DNA from: Dudresnaya verticillata
Taxonomy: Eukaryota
Direction: 5' to 3'
NCBI GenBank assembly: GCA_977862235.1
Contig: OZ374565.1
Location: forward strand, 434,001 to 498,000
DNA length: 64,000 nt
Each line of letters begins with the position of its first letter. Position 1 is the first letter of the stretch. Positions 50,180 to 64,000 of the stretch are shown here, in pieces. Made by a program: the position numbers and the translations under genes. The notes under the pieces are model-generated. The model was not told the DNA's origin. It saw only the letters and a list, made by a program, of their open reading frames with translations, and searched no databases.

Positions 50180-50853
50180 TGTGGTGTAGTGAGCCGAGGC
50201 GCGCATGCGGCACGCCGACGGCGAGCGAACCGTAACGGGTGATGTGGCAATACGCCACGCTGATGATCTGGCAACTGTAATCGTGGCGGGTGTGTGCGCA
50301 TTACTGTGCACTTGTCTGCATCGCTGTACTGTAAGTGGAGCGCACCAAACGTAGCGGAGTATTTGTAGTCTTTATTCTTTATTTTTAGTGAGTCTGTGTA
50401 CAGTGTGTAGAGTAGCGCGCCAGCCAATGAGAATGCTGCGCATGTCCGTGTCGGAGATTCGGACCAGCAGGGCCAATTCCACCATAGGACCAGACCACTA
50501 GGGTCCGGCCCCCACGGACCGGACCGCTCGGTGCCACCCTGACTTGTATATCAGGGCGGCACCGCAGCGGCTCCTAAGGTAAAGGGGTAAGCAACCTTAG
50601 CCCAATCCTTTGCGGTTTTCCCCGCGCCGAGCCCGTTGCAGTCTACCACCACCACCGTTACGGAGTCCGTCCCGGCACTTGTACCACCCCCTTGTCTGTT
50701 GCTTCCGAATATCCGTCTCGGTTAGCCGCTCGCTGTACTCCCGTTTCGGTGCGAACTGCTCTACCACCCCGTGGAGGTAGTGTTGCTCTCGTCCGTTAAG
50801 GAAAGTCAGGCCAGCTGTCCGTCTCGGAGTTCGTTGGTTTTCACTACACCACA
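50180..50853 (+). mobile_element. Solo LTR D, copy 2
   Basis: Duplicate of 6019-6692; TSD GGGAG. Confidence 0.94.
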
Positions 50854-50979
50854 GGGAGCTACATTCGCTGGGCTAGTGGAACGCACGACGTGTGCTGATG
50901 GCGTTTCAGACATAAATTTGATGCCGCCAGGACTGTATGCCACACTTCTAGAGAAGAGAGCAGACATGTCAGTGAAGAC

Positions 50980-51753
50980 TGTAATATAGACGTCGGGTCG
51001 ATCCGACGTCTGGTACTTGCTGGTCCGAAGCCGCCAAACAGACCCGTCGATGGGTAGCTGTTGGGGTTGGTAGAGCGGTGTCGGCCGCGTGCGCCCCGCA
51101 GGTGCGGATCGACGACGTCGATGCCGAAGCGCGCACGGGGCGTACCGTACGTGGGTAGGCAGCGGCCGGATCCCAGCGTTCCTGTCGAAGGGCGGCACGA
51201 AGCCGACGGAAAGGAAAAGGAAAGGGGAAAGCCTAGCGAGGCAAGGTGAAAAAGGGAAACCGCCCGCTGGCGTAAGGCATAGGGATCGAACCCGAAAAGG
51301 CTGGGGGCAAGCTTCAGCGCGAGCTGTTGCTTACCCGGTTTACTGAGCCGTCGATGGCCGACGGTCTTAAATACCCTACACTATGTGCACTACGACTAAT
51401 TCTACAGTAGGTGCGCCCCACAACACCAACGCGGGAGGTGTGCGAGCGCGCGCCCATACACGTGTCGACACGTCCGGGTAACGGTTACCCGTGGGCGCGC
51501 GCGGGGCGTAACGGGCAGCGGCCCTCTCAACGGCTCGATGCCGGAGAGCGTCACAGGGGCGCGCCATGTGCGGCACGGCGCGTGGCCGCTGCCGGCAGCA
51601 ATGCGGTCGACCGCTACTAATTCAACGAAAAAACGAAGGGCACGCTGCCCAACCACGACTCGCCAGCGGGCGTCATCGTGTGCACCCTTACAGTGCAGAG
51701 CTGCCAGCATACCTTACAGCCGCTGCTGGTAGGGTGCTGACAGCTATACTACA
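50980..51753 (-). mobile_element. Solo LTR E, copy 2
   Basis: Duplicate of 6819-7592; TSD AAGAC. Confidence 0.92.
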
Positions 51754-53168
51754 AAGACGTTTGAAAAGACAAATAAGTTCGGGCTAGCAGCGTCCGACTG
51801 TCATGTCCAGTACAGTAAGGAGGTGTCTCTTGACACCGAACTCCACATAAGGCACGGCAAATCACTGATGATACGGAACCTAAAGTGGTATGCGTCAGTC
51901 CAGAAAATGAAAGAGCCGTTTTTGGGACGCCCGATTCAAGAAGCCCTGGGATTAGATGCTAAGAAGATGTTAAAGGCAACGTGCGATAGGTACCGAGGGA
52001 TGGTAGATGCTAATGATTTAGTAGAAAGCGAGGAGTACGTAGAAGGTTCGATAGCTAGGATCCTGTCATCGAGACTCTTCCACTCGGACAAGGCAGCGAC
52101 GGAGGATGATTCCGCAGCAGAAGAAGGGCATTCGATTGATCTTGGAATCGATACGCCGGAGGAGCTAGATGCAGCATTTAATAGGATGCTCAGGCAAGCA
52201 GAAGAGAATGGGATTAGTCAACCAGGATTGGAATATATGCGAAAATTGTTGGGCGAGTACTCTGACGTGTTCTGCGTAAGATTAGGCCTCGGGCTGCCAG
52301 CGGACGTGGAGCCAATGCAAGTACACATCAAGGAAGGTTTGGTCCCATATATTGCGAAGGCACGGTGTTAGCCAACTGATCAACGTGCGTTCATGTCGAA
52401 GTTTATGAGCAGACTGATCGACTATGGTATGGCAAAGCCCAACCCGAATGCTGAATGGGCTGCGCCTGCGCTACTGGTCCCGAAGAACCCCCGGCGAAAT
52501 ACAGACTCACTTTCGATCTGAGACGAGTTAATCAGTGTACGAAACCCACGACGTGGCCAATGCCACAAATACAGTCCGAGCTCATGGACTTCTCTGGGAG
52601 TGGATTCTTCGCGAGTATTGATTTCTGTAACGGATATTGGCAGATGCCGTTACACCAGGACAGCCAGGCCTATCACAGTTTCCTGACACCTACATGGGCA
52701 TGTCAGCCGACGAGAACCCTTCAGGGCGCCCAGAACGCCGCCCAAAACTTCCAGTCAAGGGTGGAACCGTGTTTCAGAGAGTTGAAGGAATTGCTAAAGG
52801 CATTGCTCGACGATTTTGCAGTACATAATCGGCCGGAGGCTGGTCTGATACAAACTCTAAGGTCATTCTTTGAAATATGCAGATAGAGAAACTTGAAGAT
52901 CTCAGCAAGAAGACGGTATTATTCGCTAGGACACTGCGTTGGTGCGGATACGTTGTCGACAAGGACGGGGTGGAATGCGACCCGCGTCGGCTCAGCGGCC
53001 TGAAGGACGGGCACCCACCCGTCAATGCAGCAGAATTGTCTCAGTTTGTCAATTGTCTCCAATGCATGAGCGCGTACATCCCAGACTTTGCGCAAAGGAT
53101 CTTGTGCACAGATCTCGCCACTACGTGATGTACTAGAACGGTCTCAACTCCTTCAGGAGTAGACTACG

Positions 53169-55255
53169 TTACGGTCTTCTTCGGCGACGAGGTCGTGCGG
53201 TGGCCCCACGCCTTGATGGCTTCTCCACCCGGGGATTCTCTGGGCACAAGGACCCTGGGGTCCTCGCACCCCTCTCGATCTCGTCAACGCCTACTGGTGT
53301 AATCTCGTCAGGGGGTGGACTGTCCAGTCGCCCCTGTAACGGATATACACCGGATGGAGTTCCCCACTCGCACGACAACGGAATCCTTGATGGCCCCTCC
53401 GTCATGGGGTACAACCTCGAGCGGGAGCGCATCGCGTGCCAGCTCGACATTTGCTCGTTGATTAACCACACCGGCTCGGGGTCTTCTTCTGACGGGAAAT
53501 AGGCCATCTCACATCCAGAGTTGAGCGGTGGCAACAACAGCAGGCCGTCTTCATCCCAATGGTAACCGGTAAACCCTGGGTTCTCTACCATTTGGTTTTC
53601 GCGTGGACCGTGAATGAAGAGTCGCTCAACACGCGCCAAAGGGTATTCGGTCCCCTCGACCAGCCGGGCTACTCCAACTTGGTGTATAAGCGCAACCACC
53701 TTGCCGGGAAATTTGAAGATTCGCCCACACTCGCCACCCTCCGGGTCCGTCCTGTTCCGCGGGTATGCTCTCCAGTCGGTCATCTTCGAATTGGCTCTCA
53801 TGCCCCGGTAGGTAACCTGTAACCACGAGAAAAGGACGAATATTGCCCATTCCGCTCGGCGTATCCGCCCCAACACGGTCATCAGTGGATGGTCAGCTGA
53901 CTTCTCCCCACCTGGGTGTGCAGCTTGCCAGTCGTGATGCTGTATAAACCGATTGGAGAAATAAGCCACCACCGTCGGAGTTGGCACTGACAACCAACGG
54001 GTGACTTAGTACTCAGCCCTCCAATCCGGAGCGGTGCAGTACAGTCGACGATGCGCGCTCCCGGCGCCACCTGGAAAAACTCGTTCGTGTTCCAAGTATG
54101 GAGTATCACCCTTCTGAGGTGGCGCACGTCTCTACCCCGCAACAGGATCCGGTGTTCTTTCGCTGCGTCATCCGCCCACCGTTGCGGATTCCCAAACCAG
54201 TGGAAGCCTTGGTAGTACGGCTTCTCGTAGCACAGGAAGACGACACGAACTGCAAGGTCTCGCAGTCGATGGGCCAGCGCCAGCAGCCGACACACCTTGT
54301 TGGGGTAGCCTTCCTGTTCCTGACACCTCAACCACACGATGTCGCAACCGGTTGGAGTCCTCACTCTACAATTTGAGTGGATCCACCTAGCCCTCCACAT
54401 CTCCTCACGCCGATTCAGGAACCACTTGTTGTTGATTTACCCACTGGAGTCCGTTACGGCGCTATAGCGACGTCCCGGGAGGTTGTCACCATCGTTTGCC
54501 ACGAGCACCGCTACCGGCATGGGGAGGAGGACCATATCAGGCTCCTCTTCAGTACGCTGCCGCCGGCCGGTACGGTGATCATAGTCCCGACCCGGCAACG
54601 TTCTTTCATCGGTGTATCCCGTCGATTCCGCGTGCCCATGGTAGCTCCCTTGCGTTCCCGGCGTATATGGCAGCGAGCCCGACGGTCCGCCGCCTGCACC
54701 CATGTGGAGTGGGGGTGAGGCTACTGCACCTCCAACTTGCCCATACGGGGGACCCGGCGCGTACGTCTCGTATCGCCGATGCGGAGTTGCCCGACGATAG
54801 CCAAGGGACCCCATCGCGGTGTTGCCTTTCGAGGGGCCAAGCCGTTGTGCCCCCAGCCCCACTTGTCGATCCGGAGGCGGAGTAGGCGTCGTTGGAGCCT
54901 CGCCACCATCACGCCGCCTCGGCACCCGCGGGCTTATCGCACGTGTCGGCAACGCCGGTGTTGCGCTCGTTGCAGCCACAAACTCCGGCATGGTGTCCGC
55001 GGGCTCGCCGCCTTCTCCTTCTTCTGCTTCCGGCCCAGGAGCCTCTCCCACTAAGGGTGTATGCCGTGTCGGATGGAAGGGGCGCCGTGCGCGGTCAGTG
55101 TTACCGCCCGCCATCGCTAGCGGCACACCGGGTTGGACTCGAGCGTTTGTGGATTTGCCCGAGGTGGAGCGCACTGTTGGTGTTAGTTCCGCTGTTGGAT
55201 ACACCTGAGTGGAGATGCCAAAGACGTGCTGCGGCGCACGAGGACGTGGCGCCAT
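53169..55255 (-). pseudogene. Antisense accessory ORF of element F, copy 2
   Basis: Duplicate of 9008-11095 with one frameshift fewer (ORF 53882-54400 is open). Confidence 0.65.
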
Positions 55256-55270
55256 TGAAGAAGGGGGGTC

Positions 55271-55951
55271 TGTGGTGAAGTGTCCGTTTCGGAGTGCGGA
55301 CGACGGGCGAGCCGACGTGCGACCGTCGACAACCCGCGCTCTGCTAAGCGCGCGTCAAAAGCCGAAGCGGGAGTACAGCGACACAGTAGCACTGTATGCC
55401 CTGCTGGAGTCTGCGCTCACCACCAATCGGAGCCAAGTAGTTGATTTATTTGTAATTAGGTAATTGTAATGATGCTGTACAGTTCGTAGTGTCAGCCAGC
55501 CAATAAGAATGCCGAGCATGTCCGAAACGTTGACCGGGACCAGTAGGACCGGACCCACCTGGTGGACCAGACCCATTGGGGTCTGGCCCACACGGACCGG
55601 ACCGCGGGGCGTATCTCCCAGTATAATAATGGGTGGCCACCGCGAGTCCTACAGTAAACGGGTACGCAACCCTGGGCAAAGTGACTCACCCTAAGCCTTA
55701 CCCTCATACTCCTTTTCGGTTTCCCCTCGCCAGCCCGGTGCACGGATTCGTCTTACCTCCGTCCCGGCGTAGCTGTCCTGTCACTGTACCGTCCTCCTTG
55801 TCCGTTGCGTCCTGTTACTCCTTACAGGTTTTGCCGCTCTAGGTACTCCCTTCGGTCTACGAACTAAGCTCTACCTCCCCGGTGCCGTGTTAGATCACTC
55901 CTTCTTGGGATTGCCTGATCAAATCTCCTTAAAGGTGCGCCTTTCACTACA
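55271..55951 (+). mobile_element. LTR F, copy 2
   Basis: Duplicate of 11111-11791. Confidence 0.88.
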
Positions 55952-55980
55952 GCACATCAAGCGAAAACGTTTTGGCAGTG

Positions 55981-56623
55981 TGTAGTAGTATGGCCCGTCA
56001 AGGCAGAAACCCGCCAACCGGCAAGGACAGCTGTCCTGACGGTGCACAACACACTAGCTTGGGTAGCTCGGGAAAATGTTGGTAGAGACTTTGAAAGGCA
56101 CAGAGCCTAAGGGAAAAGGGAAAAAATGGGCGGCGCCACCCAGCTCGCACAGAGCAACCGTCGTGTGGAGGCAAGGCTCGTAAAGCACCTGAAAGAGAGG
56201 TTACGGTGAGTCCGTGAATTCCAGAAAAAGGGTAAAGACCCAAAACCCACCGTGGGTTCTATTCAGGAGGCCCCTGCTACTCAGGGGCCTATTAAGTATA
56301 CAGAGCCGAAAATGCTCTTACCTCCTGTGAGCTATTCTAAGCTATTCTAACTGTCATTATTAATCTAATTGTACTGTTGTCAGTTATAAATACGGATTAG
56401 TGGTAGTACCGCGTCGGGACGTGTGAGCGGCCACAATAAATTACCCAATGGCAATTTGCCATCAAATTTGGTGCCAGCAGGGACGCCAGCGAGGAGCATC
56501 GCCCTTGCAGCACACGGTGCTTGTGCGCGCCTTACAGCTTGATGCGCGTGGCCGTCTTACACCTTAACGCGCACAAATGACTTACAGTGCGCCAGCACTT
56601 CTGCTGCGGCTCATTCTTCCACA
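55981..56623 (-). mobile_element. Solo LTR G, copy 2
   Basis: Duplicate of 11821-12463. Confidence 0.8.
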
Positions 56624-57352
56624 GAGGGTTGTAGAACGGGGAATGCAGAATCCGTATTAAGACAGCATGCATATACAAACGGGCTGTGCTGCGGAGAAGG
56701 ACGAGGCTACCCAATACTGATACGGTAATTGATATTTTTTGACGGTAGATCCTCCATTTGTATGCTTTGCTGGGCCCTGCAACCCATTATATTACTTTTG
56801 GATAGCTTAAACAAACAACCGGGTAGACAACCCGAACACTCAATTTAGGAGTAGCTTAATCAGGTAGTGCCTGGCCCCATTCCTGGGTGAGACCTTCTAT
56901 TTTACCCTTTTCCTAGTATATTGTACAACATTTAGCCTTTCGCTACAGTACTATAAAGCTGCAGTGAATCGGGGAGCTGAAAACTTCCCGGCACCAAGAA
57001 TGTTATCAAGAACACCAACCTCAGAAGCTTCAGCAACCCGCCGTCGCAGCCGCTACCCCGGCACGATACGCCCCAGCCCTCGGTGTGTGTCTCGAGCTAC
57101 CGAGTACACACCGTCGAATAGGCCGATTATTATTTTTACAAGGCCCACCGGTCCGCCCATCGGACCAACTCCAAGTCGATTCTACGACAGCCACGTCTTT
57201 ATTAAAATCCAGAGGCAATAATTACATCTTTTGAATGGCTCCTGTCATCCCCATCAGTTCCTGACAACTCCTGTTGTGGCTGCGCCACTCCTAACACGCA
57301 TCATGAATTTTTATGCGCGACCACTGTACATACACGTATACCATCAACAGGT

Positions 57353-57559
57353 GTGGCGTTTGTCTCGTCAGGTTCCGACGACGGATCAGTTCATGTGTGG
57401 GATTTGCGATCTCAAAGCCTATTGCTGGAGCGGAGGACGATTCACGCGCTGCCTTCAACCTGTGCCTTATGGAACCCGGTGTACCAAATGCTCACGACTT
57501 CACGCCAAAACGTTCTGTTTTGGTTGCCGGAAGGGCCGGACTCCTCTCCCGAGTACTAG
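57353..57559 (+). pseudogene. WD40 fragment, copy 2
   Basis: Duplicate of 13193-13399. Confidence 0.6.
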
Positions 57560-57844
57560 GTTGCTATATGTCCGAGGTTCGTGGCATGTTGATTCGTAGA
57601 CCTACTGCTGTATCAAGTGTGTAGAAACTGTTGCCTCGAAAGCTTACTGCCAACTTCTCATTGTCGATCGAGAATCTGTCGAACAAAACTGGCCCTGTTT
57701 TTATAAAGGCGTCATCGCCCCAAACTGTACAGATTAAGACGGTATGTCACGTTTCACCTCAACTACAACTTCTTCCTTGTTCTGGAAGCAGCTTCCCATC
57801 ACATGGAAAGCTACAGCATACGGTCATTCCTTCTGCGCTTCTTA

Positions 57845-60800
57845 CTAAGAACTAGGCTTCACACTCCAATGGACATAGTCGCGTGCCTGGTCCTTAACTA
57901 GAGCACGCTTCTCCTGGTCACCAAACTCTTTCTCAAAGTCCAACCACTTCTTGAAGACGAACTTCATCTTCTTCGAACTGAGTTCTAATGTCGTACATCT
58001 TTCGAACAGTTTCCTGGTTACTTCCACACTCTCAGTGTTTCCGCCTTCGAGGTCTCTTCTGCAGTAGCTTGTCTGCATTTCCAAGTAGATACTCCACAGA
58101 TCTAACCTCTTTGGAAAGTTGCCGACCAGGGACTCAAAAACTGTTCTACCACGTTCAGATGAGCCAAACTTGTACTCAAACTGCGCGAACTTGCATATGA
58201 CAGCGACATGTTTTCGCTTCTCAAGGCTTTTCAATGCTTTCTCTAGGCATTGTCGGGCTCCGGAGATATTCCCAGAACTGAAGCGGGCGTTTCCAAGTGA
58301 TATCCACACCTTCTTTGAACCTCTGAATCGGCGACTGGCTCTCCGAAGGACTTCATCGGCCAGGCCAGTGCTCGAGGAACGTAGCGCAGCTGCAGCCTGC
58401 ATGTGAAAGCCCTTCATATCAGTGACACGCGCGCACCCGCGATCGAATACGCGAAACACGGCGGCGCCTCTCTTCGGACCAAACGCATCCGTAACGGTAT
58501 CGCTTGTGGAATTTGATGCTCCAAACTGAGCTTCCAAGTTCAAATAAGCAATCCATACATTCATTTGTCAGTTTCTTTTTGGAGACTTATCGTCTCCAGC
58601 GCTCGTTCGGCGATAGATCTCGCCTTGTTAACCTGAGATAGAGACCAACAAAAAGCCATGTATGGAATCCACAAAACCGATGAGTTCGGCTCTCCGACGA
58701 GTAGTCGTTCAAAATCCTCTGCTGTCTCGGGGGAGTCTAGGTTATTCGCAAGAGCCTCCTCGCGCATATTTTCGCTGTCTCTGTCGCCTCCTGTCGTTTT
58801 TCTCCCTTTTGTCCCGGGACTTGCGTTTTGTTTGCTCTCCATGACCTTCGTTTTCACCCTCCAACTCTGGTTCCTCGTCTTTCTCTTCACGCTTTGTCGC
58901 CAGTTCGTCATCTTCGGCAAAGTTGAAGCCTTGTCGAACTCTAAGTGGGGCAATTTGAGATTTTCTTCGCCTTGAACAGTCGCTAGTTCGATGTCGCCAC
59001 TCTCGACAGTACAGACATTAGCGCCGGAGCCCTCATCTGAGCCAGACGAACCCTCCAGTTCACTCTCTCTGTCATTGAATGGTTCGTCTCTGTCAGCATT
59101 GCTGTCTTCTCCATCCAAGATTCTCGGAACCATGTCAACATCTTCAGCACTCCTTAAGGCTGCTTGACGAGAGTTTTGGTTACTCTCAATAAGGGCATTC
59201 ATATGGTCTTCATCAAGGCCAGCGGCTTCGAAGTAACATGTTTTGGTGCCAACCTTAACACCCTTTTCATCGACTTTGATGACAATTGCGTTAACCGTCT
59301 GTCCTACACACCATTCCTCATTCGGGTTTTGAATGAAGCGATCCTGATCTACCTCAATTTTGTGCAACAACGCAGTAACTTTTTTGGATAGTTCAAGCAC
59401 CGCGCCATAGTTTCCTATGTGCTTGACAGTCCCCGTCACCTTGGTTCCCTCCTGCAAGTCTTTGACAGCTGAATTCTCTTTCAATTTCTTCGTTGGGCGC
59501 TTTCGCAAGATGAGTGGAATACGTATCTCCCCGTTGTTACTCTTGGGTTTGCCGGCCCCCTTCAACAAGCATACCAACCAGAAATTATTCTTCCGGATCC
59601 TTGACATAGCCATCCGCGAGGTCACAAAGCAAAACCTGAGCAGATGCATTTCTTCCGACCGCTACAAAGTACCCTTTCTTGCTCACAACTCTAACAAACC
59701 CACGCATTTTCGCTCCCTCTTTGATCAACGGCATGGTGGCCTTCGTGACGAGTAGATCTCCACCGGAATCCGTGTCACTGGGTCTCACGGAAAGGCATAT
59801 TGCCCCATCGGCTGAATCGGAATTCGAATCGAGCCCAACCTTCCGAACCCGAACGACGTCACCTTTCTGAACTGTTTGCATCTTCTGAGCGACCTCACCG
59901 AAGTTTACCGCCATGTCACACAGACCTACGGTTCCAAGGGCGATATTTTTCGCCGTAGCATCACGAGTGAACCACGGGATCTCCACTCGGAGCCCAACTC
60001 CTTGCATCACGGCTTGTACTATTCCGTGGAAGAACCCAGGGTCTTTGCCGTTCTCGGAGAGAGCGCCCCAAATCCGACCATTTTCTTTCTCCTCGACTTC
60101 GGTAACCATGCACACTACTTCAGATGCCACCTTTAAATCGATAGGGTCCCCTTGGACCCGGCAGCTTACATCCATACAGCATATCGATGCAGACGCGTTC
60201 ACTGCCACCCGCGTATACGACTGGGTGCGGTCCTCAGACTTGCCAGAATTAGATTTGCGTAGGCGGGACGACAAGTGGGTTACGAACCCTACCACTTTGC
60301 TCCCTTTCGCAATCGCGTGATGCCTCGCTCGTTCTTCTGAAAGGGAAAGTTCAACCACCACTGGGGTATTCTCTTCACCCTCGCACATGCGACGGCGAAT
60401 CCCAGAAATGAAGGCATGTTCAACACGGCTTCCGTCCTTCGGTAGAACAAAACGAGTACTCAGATTGGCAGGGAGAACCCCAAGAGGCATCCCTAATGTT
60501 TCCTCCGGAGTGACAAAAGAATGATTGGTCCTGTGCAGATGCCCTACAACACCGCGCGCAATCGCCACGAAGCTATGCAGCGGGAAAGTTCGATTTATCT
60601 TGCCTTTGATGTGTCTTCCTAGAACCTTCTGCTCCTCTACTAAAGATTGTCGAAGCAGTGTCAACGTATCGCCAGTTCTGTCATCGTTGTGTTGGGTTAC
60701 CTTTTGAGAATGTCGTTGCTGACTCGCCCGAAAACATTTTCAGTCAATCATAACCAAGTTGCTTCGTATTTCTGCCTTAACCTTGTCGAGCACTGTGCAA

Positions 60801-63800
60801 CGCACAGACGCGCCGAGAGTAATTGACAGCTTGACTGATACAGTGTAACGCCCTGCGCTATAAGCGCATCCTTCCGCTCTGCGAGAAAAGTAGAGAGCGT
60901 ACTAGAACCTATCTGGTCTAGTTGTCTGTGAGCCGTTGGAGTAGCCCAGCACAGGGTGAAAGGTCGCAGGTTCGAGTCTCCGAGCGGGAGGCTCGAGCTC
61001 TTTTTCCTGACGCGACGCTGCGACTCCGAAACTCGCTACAACAGGCGGACTTAGGGCGAAAGCAATAGCGCTCCTAGTCTTCGATCTAGCGACAGCTAGG
61101 ATCAAGTAGGCACTCTTAACAAGCAGTATGGTTGCGCTGAATGGGCTTCCTGCATTCAAAATGGACTTTCCCGCCCCTGCAACCACCTCTTCCTGTCTGG
61201 AAAGGAGGTCGATAACACCATAAAAGGGATCCACGTCCAAGACTCGGACGTTGTCTTCCTTTGATGCTTCACTGCGTTTGGTCTTCTCAGAAAATGCTGA
61301 TTCTGTGCCGATGCAGGTAGCCAGAGGAAGAGCTTCATCTCTCATCGCTTCAGAGTCTGGCTGAGTGACATCAAGACATACACCGACTGCAGACTCACCA
61401 GCTGTCTGCAACTTGTAAATCACACCATAGCTGTGTTCTGCATGCACTCGCGCTTGCTCGATTCATCCAATTGCAAACCCCTTCAACACACCTGTCTTGC
61501 CAAGGAGGTCTTGCCATTTCTCCAGTGAGCTGAACAACGACAAAGTGTCTGCCTCAAGACCAGAAAACCCCACATTGGAGAGTCGAAGGGATAATGAAAA
61601 ACGCTGTTTCTTCTCGTCGATATTGTCCACCACAGCTGCCACACTATTGTGAATCTGCAAAGCTCTAGAAGGGTCACTTAAAAAATGGTCGGCAATGCGA
61701 GAGATACGGGTGAAACCTAACGAATCCCCAAGGAACGCAACTATCGCCCCAGTACCCAACAGCGCCTTAAGGTAGCCACGCAAAACTGGCTTCTGCTGAT
61801 CGGTTGTCGTCCTTTCAACAATGCGCTTCACATCATTACAAGATTTTGGCAATAACCCTTGTGCTGAAGCGGTCTTCAGGCTTGGTTTGAGGGTAAGAAC
61901 AGGCCTGTCTTCCGAAACAGAAAGGACCATCAGGTCTGACAAAGTGATAGGAGAACCCCTTTCTCCTTTCTGGGCTTTGCCAAGAAGGCTTAGAACTTCC
62001 TTGACTAGTTGCGGGGCAATCCCGGGGACGTCTGCAATATGTCCAAACGGCAGGTAGCATTCCACACTGCCGTTAGAGCTTCCCGATTTTCCTTGCTCGG
62101 TGGCCTGGTCTTGAGGCCCACCCTTTGCGGCTGTGGTAACAGAATTAGATGGTACCTGTACCGACACTATGAAATGTTTCGCTTGCTCATCTGCAGAGGT
62201 GATGTGGCCACCTACAACCTGACCCAGGCTAAGGGTCTTTTGTTGCAGAAGAGCCTGAAGCACCACGCAAATCCATAGAGATAGTGATGCGCCTTCGCGG
62301 AGAGTCAATCTTAGTTAGTTTGACAAACACTGTCTGTCCGACAGGGTATACTTCTTTGATATCTGCCAACTGCTCAGCTTGAGTCTTGTTCGTGTCAATG
62401 CAAAGCTCGCGAATTGGTGAAAGACCTGCCATGTCTTCACAAAAGCAACAAGAACAGACCCGAAATCCAACACTTTGATAACAGATCCCGTGAAAATGCC
62501 TTTGGTCGATCAGGTTCAACCAAGTCATCTTCGGATGATCTCCTTTTGCTAACGACAAGCGACTTCTCGGCCTGCTCGAAGGGAGTAAGAAGTGGATACT
62601 TCGGGGAAAATAGGGACTTCTTCGCAGATAAATAGGTCTTTCCCCTTCCCACGTCGATACCAATGGCTCTGCAACGTATCGTTGCTCCTATCCGCAAATT
62701 CTCCAGCATGGCCATTCGCTTCGGGGTCATCGGTACAATAGAAAGGTGTGCTGCTTGGGTAATACCAAGCAGGTGCGAGTCACCAGCCACAGCTACCGTA
62801 ACGGCACCCATCGTGGTGTGACTCATCACCTTGCAATCATACAAAGCGCCGACCTCAATCTCCTCAATGGAAAGAGCTTTGCGTGCCAGAATACTTCGTC
62901 GGAGGACGATGTTAACAAGCCCATCGAATCGTGGCACCGAAATAACCCTCGCACCATCTTCAACGATCATGCCGGGGTGGTACCTTGATTCGAGTTTGAC
63001 ATCTTTCGAGTCTGAAACTCTGCTTATGTGAGCAAACACTGGTACAGTACGTGCATTCCAATATTATCCCCAGCGAATTTGGCAGTGTCTTCATCTTTAA
63101 GAGTTTCTTCTGCTCCTTCCGCACCGACATAGCTCATTATGAGGCCAGACCCGGGTTTCACTCTTTCGACTTTCAGCCGTTTCATGAAACTGCCTATCTT
63201 CCACGACTGCGGCACTTCCCGAGGGCGTAGTTCGTCGACCAGCGAAGGTAGCAGTGAAGAGGCAATGCGCTTCTGCGAGGGGTCCACGTAGAAAATCCGC
63301 GCCGTTACCAGCTTGCCGACGTCAACATCCCATGTCCCATCCGCCCTTCGCGGAACATGGGACGCATCAACAGACAACTTGGACACCGAAAACGCAGTCA
63401 AGGCAACCCCCCAGGACCCTCCTTAACGACGCGTGCGGGAACTACCATACCGGCGGTGAGCTCACTGTACGTAAGCCCAGCGGTATCTTCAACGCACGCC
63501 TTGATAACCTTCTTCTTCAGTTCCGACACATTGACGACCACGGGCAACACTGGACCGTTCTTCCGTTTCTTCTTCCGAGATACATCCGCTTCCACAACAA
63601 CTTCCACCGGACTACCCATGCGCAATTCCCCCTCGCTCTCGTCGAACGGAAGAAAGGCCGTGTGCGGCACACCAGACCCGAACGTCAATACATAACCATG
63701 GTCCTCAACCGAGCGCACAACTGCGTACAGCGGGGACCCGCGGCGCGTGACGCGCTTTTCGGACAGGCCGGCATTAACGAGCCCCGGATTCATGGAAACA

Positions 63801-64000
63801 GTCAGGGCGCGCTTTCCATGGGCATTATGCTCGTTCGAAACAACAGCCACACGCACAGTCTCCCCCGTGCTGACCGCCTCGCATAGGGCGAAGTGGACTG
63901 CGCAGAGAATTCTGTTCGGGTGACTACTGCGAGGAGAGTGACACCGGGGGCAAGATGGGAGTGTCTCAGCGAGAGGCCGGTGCGGGTTACAGGGAGCGGC
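57845..64000 (-). pseudogene. RRP5: RRP5 pseudogene, copy 2 (5' end beyond window)
   Basis: Duplicate of 13685-19840 with the same frameshifts. Confidence 0.92.

Larger units (their letters stand above)
49854..53101 (+). pseudogene. Gypsy element C fragment, copy 2
   Basis: Duplicate of 5693-8940. Confidence 0.9.
44162..64000 (+). repeat. Segmental direct duplication, copy 2
   Basis: Near-identical to 1-19840. Confidence 0.98.

Overview
Eukaryotic, transposon-dense and apparently intron-poor DNA; a florideophyte red alga is my tentative guess, not proven. Bases 1-19840 recur almost identically at 44162-64000 (offset 44161, then 44160 after a 1-bp indel). Most of the window is nested, degenerate Ty3/Gypsy (chromovirus-like) LTR retrotransposons: element A (27240-44488, 610-bp LTRs), four solo LTRs with 5-bp target-site duplications (TSDs), and two truncated elements (B, F) that carry long antisense accessory ORFs. 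Host-type sequence consists of a heavily frameshifted RRP5 pseudogene (two copies), an intact secreted protein with two vWA domains, a WD40 fragment and a 194-aa hypothetical ORF. Three things stand out. (1) A 10.4-kb TSD-flanked insert in the RT of element A has inverted LTR-derived ends and a second 1.37-kb internal inverted repeat. (2) Inside it is a ~2.5-kb array of ~50 palindromic CGTCnnnGACG sites at conserved 51/19-bp spacing with diverged spacers. (3) Two different LTR families appear to share a homologous, unrecognised antisense protein. All coordinates and counts were read by eye.
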